DNA of 27,986 bases from positions 1-27,986 of IMG/VR virus record IMGVR_UViG_3300048861_000148. One strand, given 5' to 3'. The first letter of the stretch is position 1. Each line of letters starts with the position of its first letter. Source of the stretch: a virus (Duplodnaviria > Caudoviricetes). A program made the position numbers and the translations under genes. The notes under the pieces were generated by a model. The model saw nothing but the letters and a program-made list of their open reading frames with translations, was not told the origin of the DNA and searched no databases. Positions 24,423 to 27,986 of the stretch are shown one piece after another.

Positions 24423-24579
24423 TTCTCCAGACTTCCCTTAGTTCCTTGTACTCGCGCAGCATCGCGCCGAATCGATATCCAGCAGCCACGCACTCGCTGC
24501 ACTCGGACGACAGCAAGTGCTCGACCATCTGGTCGTCGCTGAATCCCATCTCAGCGTCAGGCTTGTGAACGGCTTTCAT
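24403..24579 (-). CDS. Small hypothetical protein (58 aa, CxxC)
   Basis: ATG 24579 with GAGGTG RBS. Confidence 0.55.
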   Translation of the reverse strand: MKAVHKPDAEMGFSDDQMVEHLLSSECSECVAAGYRFGAMLREYKELREVWRNDHKQR

Positions 24580-24772
24580 CTCGCACCTCAATCACAGTCT
24601 GAACGTCTCGCCAAACGCCGTTGTGGTCGCAGAACTGCAACACCGGCTCCGTCTCATTGAGCAACGCGACCTTTGCCTGCATCATAGACGTGAAGTTGCG
24701 CTCCGCATACTCGCGGACCTCCTTGGCGGTGGGCATTTCGTTACGCTTAACAAACCATCGGATGCCGTTCAA
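24557..24772 (-). CDS. Hypothetical protein (71 aa)
   Basis: TTG start with GGAGG RBS; TTGA overlap. Confidence 0.6.
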   Translation of the reverse strand: MNGIRWFVKRNEMPTAKEVREYAERNFTSMMQAKVALLNETEPVLQFCDHNGVWRDVQTVIEVRDESRSQA

Positions 24773-25449
24773 AGCGAACCTCCATCGACATTGCTGTGAT
24801 GTGACTCGTCGCCAGATTCGTCATCCGACGCATCGAACAACTTCAGCTGACGCTCCCAACGCGCGAGATACCAGCGGAAGGCCGTCCGCGCTTGCACATC
24901 GATGAACTCGTCACCGCCCATAACGGTCGCGTCAAGGCCGTCCAGACTCGCAGCCGTCCACGACTTGAACGTGTGCTGCTGGTATGCAGCCGTCAGCGCG
25001 GCTAGGTGCTCTGCATCGCGCTTCTCGACCTCAGCCAGATCGACGGTGATGGACGTGCAAGGCGAGCCGTTCTCATGCGCGTTAATGAATTGCTCTGCCG
25101 CAGCCGCAGTCTTGAATATCAAGCCGACACGGCGTGGCGTATCCAGTGAGACCTTCAGCAAATCGAACGGCCCTTCCTTCGCCTTGGCACGATACTGCTC
25201 CAGCAGACTGGTCGCGGCCTCAGGAAAGCGCGCCACCTTGAGCGTCAGCAGGCGTTCGATCTCCTTGTCCACTGAAGCGGCGTCTGTGAATGTTTGAGCT
25301 GCTATCGCTGGCGGATGGTTCTTCTCCAGCGTTTTACGAGCAACTTCGAGTGCGGGTGCGACATAGGTTTCGAACAGGCCGCACTCGATTTCTGAGGCAA
25401 GAATGCTCGCGATTCTGTCTAGTTCGGCCCTATTCATTTCTTTGTCCAT
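24769..25449 (-). CDS. Hypothetical protein (226 aa, acidic tail)
   Basis: ATG 25449 with GAGG RBS; long ORF with phage-like codon usage. Confidence 0.7.
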   Translation of the reverse strand: MDKEMNRAELDRIASILASEIECGLFETYVAPALEVARKTLEKNHPPAIAAQTFTDAASVDKEIERLLTLKVARFPEAATSLLEQYRAKAKEGPFDLLKVSLDTPRRVGLIFKTAAAAEQFINAHENGSPCTSITVDLAEVEKRDAEHLAALTAAYQQHTFKSWTAASLDGLDATVMGGDEFIDVQARTAFRWYLARWERQLKLFDASDDESGDESHHSNVDGGSL

Positions 25450-25450
25450 T

Positions 25451-25663
25451 TCATCCTCGTTCAACACTGAATTTAACTTGATCCGTCAGCAGGATCGGCA
25501 GCGCCTCTCCGACGAAGCCGATTGCGCTGAACTCTCGACACTTCAACTTAGCCATCAGCCCAGGCGTCTGCGATGCGTCCAACGGCATACGGAAGGATAC
25601 GATCTTTCCATTGAACAGCACGTCACCTGGCTGAAGTTGAGAGCCGCGCACCTTGAGTTTCAC
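25451..25663 (-). CDS. Hypothetical protein (70 aa)
   Basis: GTGA overlap, AAGGAG RBS. Confidence 0.6.
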   Translation of the reverse strand: MKLKVRGSQLQPGDVLFNGKIVSFRMPLDASQTPGLMAKLKCREFSAIGFVGEALPILLTDQVKFSVERG

Positions 25664-25875
25664 CGCTGCAACTCCTTGAAGAAGAGTTCCATCAGTTCGG
25701 GCGTAGCGCCTTCGCCAGTCAGCGTGAACGTAATGGTGCGGGCCTCGCTATCAACATCCACTGACCCGACACCACCGGTCGCCTTCCACAGACGCTCCCA
25801 CGCGACGTGGACCGCAACCAGCGACGCATCGGTGTACGCGATGTCATACACCAGCACAAATGAACGCAGTTTCAT
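25660..25875 (-). CDS. Hypothetical protein (71 aa)
   Basis: ATGA overlap, GAGG RBS. Confidence 0.6.
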   Translation of the reverse strand: MKLRSFVLVYDIAYTDASLVAVHVAWERLWKATGGVGSVDVDSEARTITFTLTGEGATPELMELFFKELQR

Positions 25876-26075
25876 CTCCGTTTCCTCTTCTTGGTTGCCG
25901 CACGGATTGCGTTGGCGACCTCTGCCGAGTAGACAGGAGTCGGTTGCGCATTCTCCCAGAGCGTGACTTGCACACCTGGAGCGGTGATCAAAGAAACCTT
26001 CTGCGCCAGCGCGCGACTATCGAACTCAACCACGTAGACGCGACCGCGAAGGTCAGTTGTACGAATGGTACGCAT
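25872..26075 (-). CDS. Hypothetical protein (67 aa)
   Basis: ATG with AGGA RBS. Confidence 0.6.
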   Translation of the reverse strand: MRTIRTTDLRGRVYVVEFDSRALAQKVSLITAPGVQVTLWENAQPTPVYSAEVANAIRAATKKRKRR

Positions 26076-26099
26076 GATGTCCTGAAGAGATTGAGAAAG

Positions 26100-26124
26100 T
26101 CAAAGGCCCGATACTAACGGACCT
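26100..26124 (-). terminator. Possible intrinsic terminator/hairpin
   Basis: Minus strand AGGTCCG-TTAGTAT-CGGGCCT-TTGACTTT. Confidence 0.4.
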
Positions 26125-26147
26125 AAGTGACGAAGAGAAACCTTTAA

Positions 26148-26369
26148 TCAGACGCTGATGGGCATATCGCATGCGATGCCGCACTCACCGCCGAACGCAT
26201 CGGCAACGGCGTCCGCGAGGTCGGTCAGCGTCTTCGGCTCGACCGACAACGGACCTTCGTCCGTCTTGATCTTACGGTAGACAGCAGCCACAGCCTGGGC
26301 CTCAGTGGGCTTCGTAACGCCGAACGTTACTCCTGCATCACCGTCGATGAAGAAAAGGGTTACGGCCAT
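26148..26369 (-). CDS. Hypothetical protein (73 aa)
   Basis: ATG 26369 (MAVTLFFIDG) with TAAGGAG RBS. Confidence 0.65.
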   Translation of the reverse strand: MAVTLFFIDGDAGVTFGVTKPTEAQAVAAVYRKIKTDEGPLSVEPKTLTDLADAVADAFGGECGIACDMPISV

Positions 26370-26380
26370 GTTTAGACTCC

Positions 26381-26575
26381 TTATATTCGATTCGTGTGGG
26401 TCACCGTCAGAGCGCTGCTGCCCGCCTGCCGGATGAGCGAGTTGAGAAGGGCGCGACTGGCCAGCAGATCGTTGACGTCCCAATCGGTCGTTTCGCCGTC
26501 GATGGTGATCTCAACGATGACGACGCGCTTTGCCTTGGCTTCGGTAAGCGAACGGATTAGTTCTTGAATGGTCAC
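26381..26575 (-). CDS. Hypothetical protein (64 aa)
   Basis: GTG start with AAGGAG RBS. Confidence 0.65.
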   Translation of the reverse strand: MTIQELIRSLTEAKAKRVVIVEITIDGETTDWDVNDLLASRALLNSLIRQAGSSALTVTHTNRI

Positions 26576-26577
26576 AG

Positions 26578-26745
26578 TCAGACTCCTTTGTGGTCAATCG
26601 GCCAAGCGATGTTCTTGCGGGCACGCTCAATGTCGTCCATCCTTCGACGGAACCGGCACGTTGAGCTCGCGCCGAAGGAGTAGCCCAGGGCAAACGAGAC
26701 GCTGCCGACTCCAAACAGCGCGGCGAGGGCAAGCGTCAGATCCAT
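26578..26745 (-). CDS. Small membrane-anchored protein (55 aa)
   Basis: Manual translation MDLTLALAALFGVGSVSFALGYSFGASSTCRFRRRMDDIERARKNIAWPIDHKGV; fills the gap. Confidence 0.55.
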   Translation of the reverse strand: MDLTLALAALFGVGSVSFALGYSFGASSTCRFRRRMDDIERARKNIAWPIDHKGV

Positions 26746-26747
26746 GG

Positions 26748-27152
26748 TTAGCGACCGTAGATGGCCTTGGAACGGGCTTCGTAGAATGCCGCAGGGCGCT
26801 CCGCCGACATATACGAGGTCCAGGTGCCGGACGGCAGGCGCTTCTGGAGGTTGTTGCCGGTCACGTCGCAGCGATGATGGAAAACGGCATAGCTGAACTC
26901 CACCCAGTCGATCTCAACCGCGTGCTCGACCGGTCCGAAGTACGCGATCACCTTGTTCACAAGGCGCGGCGACTCGTCGTCAAACTCGCGGACGGTGATC
27001 ACGCGGCAGGGCGTTCCGTAGTCGCGGGCGCAAACTTCGGCGTAGGCCGTAGCCATCGTGCGGTTCGAAACGATGTCGCCGCAGTCTTCCCAGCGGGCGT
27101 TGGCCGGGTCGTTCGTGCCGTTGATCTGCTTGAGTTGGACAGTGTAGTTCAT
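26748..27152 (-). CDS. Hypothetical early protein (134 aa)
   Basis: AAGGAG RBS; first gene after a strong promoter. Confidence 0.7.
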   Translation of the reverse strand: MNYTVQLKQINGTNDPANARWEDCGDIVSNRTMATAYAEVCARDYGTPCRVITVREFDDESPRLVNKVIAYFGPVEHAVEIDWVEFSYAVFHHRCDVTGNNLQKRLPSGTWTSYMSAERPAAFYEARSKAIYGR

Positions 27153-27202
27153 GGCGTTTAGCTCCTTGAGGTTTCGGTCACCCGGTTGGTGACCGTGAAG
27201 AG

Positions 27203-27231
27203 ATTATGACGGAACATTTCTGCTCCGTCAA
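27203..27231 (-). promoter_or_regulatory. Strong sigma70-type early promoter with overlapping inverted repeat
   Basis: Minus strand TTGACG-N17-CATAAT; TGACGGA...TCCGTCA inverted repeat spans -35 to -10. Confidence 0.75.
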
Positions 27232-27250
27232 GCACTTTCTTCGCAAAGAG

Positions 27251-27466
27251 CTAAATGTTTTTGAACTCGTGCTTCGAGCCGTCAGAGTAGTACTCCGTCG
27301 CAACGTACTCTCCGCCGTTCTCGAATACGACAGCCGCTCGACTCGCCGCGCGCTGGCGCGCCACCGTAGCGCCCAGTTGCTGGGCGTCGTAGGTGCAGCT
27401 GGGGTTAGCGAGAGGCGTCTTGGCGTTCGTCCATTTAAGGATGATTTTGGTGAGAGTCTTGGACAC
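27251..27466 (-). CDS. Hypothetical protein (71 aa)
   Basis: GTG start with GGAG RBS. Confidence 0.65.
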   Translation of the reverse strand: MSKTLTKIILKWTNAKTPLANPSCTYDAQQLGATVARQRAASRAAVVFENGGEYVATEYYSDGSKHEFKNI

Positions 27467-27469
27467 GGT

Positions 27470-27667
27470 TTATACACTCCGATTAGATTTGGAACGGGCC
27501 TTGCGCGGTGCACGGCGCGGAATTCCCAGCTCATCCGCCAGCATGGACACCAGAATCAGCGCGGCGAGATCGGGCTTGGTCGCGACGTACTCCGCGAACG
27601 AAAGGCGCGGATTCGGACCGGCCTTATGATTCATATAAGCGAGGAAAAGATTGGTTGAGGTTGCCAT
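27470..27667 (-). CDS. Hypothetical protein with basic C-terminus (65 aa)
   Basis: ATG 27667 with AGGAG RBS. Confidence 0.6.
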   Translation of the reverse strand: MATSTNLFLAYMNHKAGPNPRLSFAEYVATKPDLAALILVSMLADELGIPRRAPRKARSKSNRSV

Positions 27668-27669
27668 CG

Positions 27670-27798
27670 TCAAACTCCTAATAAGGCTTTGGACAAGAGA
27701 ACGGCTAGGCGTTCGTCCGTTTGGTTCGCGGCCAGCCGCTCGTAAGCATCCTGGCCGTACAAGCGCACGAAGGCGCGGATGAGATCTGGAAGGGTCAC
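27670..27798 (-). CDS. Small hypothetical protein (42 aa)
   Basis: Manual translation MTLPDLIRAFVRLYGQDAYERLAANQTDERLAVLLSKALLGV; fills the gap. Confidence 0.5.
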   Translation of the reverse strand: MTLPDLIRAFVRLYGQDAYERLAANQTDERLAVLLSKALLGV

Positions 27799-27801
27799 AA
27801 C

Positions 27802-27986
27802 TTACTTCTTCAACTCAAACTCTTCAGGCCACGCGCTGGACTTGGCGCACGCGCGACTAGACAGCAAGCCCGCGTCAAGAATCTCGAAGAAGGTCTGGAA
27901 GCTGAAGCCAGCGGCAACCGATCCATCGGAATGGCGAAGACGAACGATGAACTTCTCTCCGCCTTTATACTGGGTTTCCAGCGCCT
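27802..27986 (-). CDS. Hypothetical protein (C-terminal part; starts outside the window)
   Basis: Open frame ...ALETQYKGGEKFIVRLRHSDG...EFELKK*. Confidence 0.55.
   Translation of the reverse strand, partial: ALETQYKGGEKFIVRLRHSDGSVAAGFSFQTFFEILDAGLLSSRACAKSSAWPEEFELKK

Overview
This window is about 28 kb of a lytic dsDNA tailed-phage genome. Gene content and order resemble PB1/BcepF1-like phages (Lindbergviridae); this is inferred from recalled gene order and motifs, not from a search. On the minus strand lie a replication module (SSB-like protein, SNF2 helicase, PD-(D/E)xK nuclease, DnaE, DnaQ-like exonuclease) and an enzyme-rich nucleotide-metabolism block (VOC protein, DUF4406, SDR, HAD fused to an all-alpha NTP-PPase-like domain, divergent ThyX, second HAD, FAD oxidoreductase). 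A histone-like protein, a MazG-like protein and a RecD/Dda helicase follow. A divergent plus-strand block encodes a RepB-type primase, a VapE/VirE ATPase, a putative nuclease and a stand-alone small terminase. The right end is a tightly coupled string of small early-type genes. The best candidates for something new are: (1) a putative uncharacterised DNA nucleotide-modification pathway around a non-canonical ThyX; (2) an attenuator-like structured RNA in front of the exonuclease/polymerase operon; (3) a perfect 19-bp hairpin that coincides with a frame break in a small gene; (4) a recurrent GCGATAAT promoter-like motif and promoter-overlapping palindromes. No tRNA, rRNA, CRISPR or IS element was recognised.
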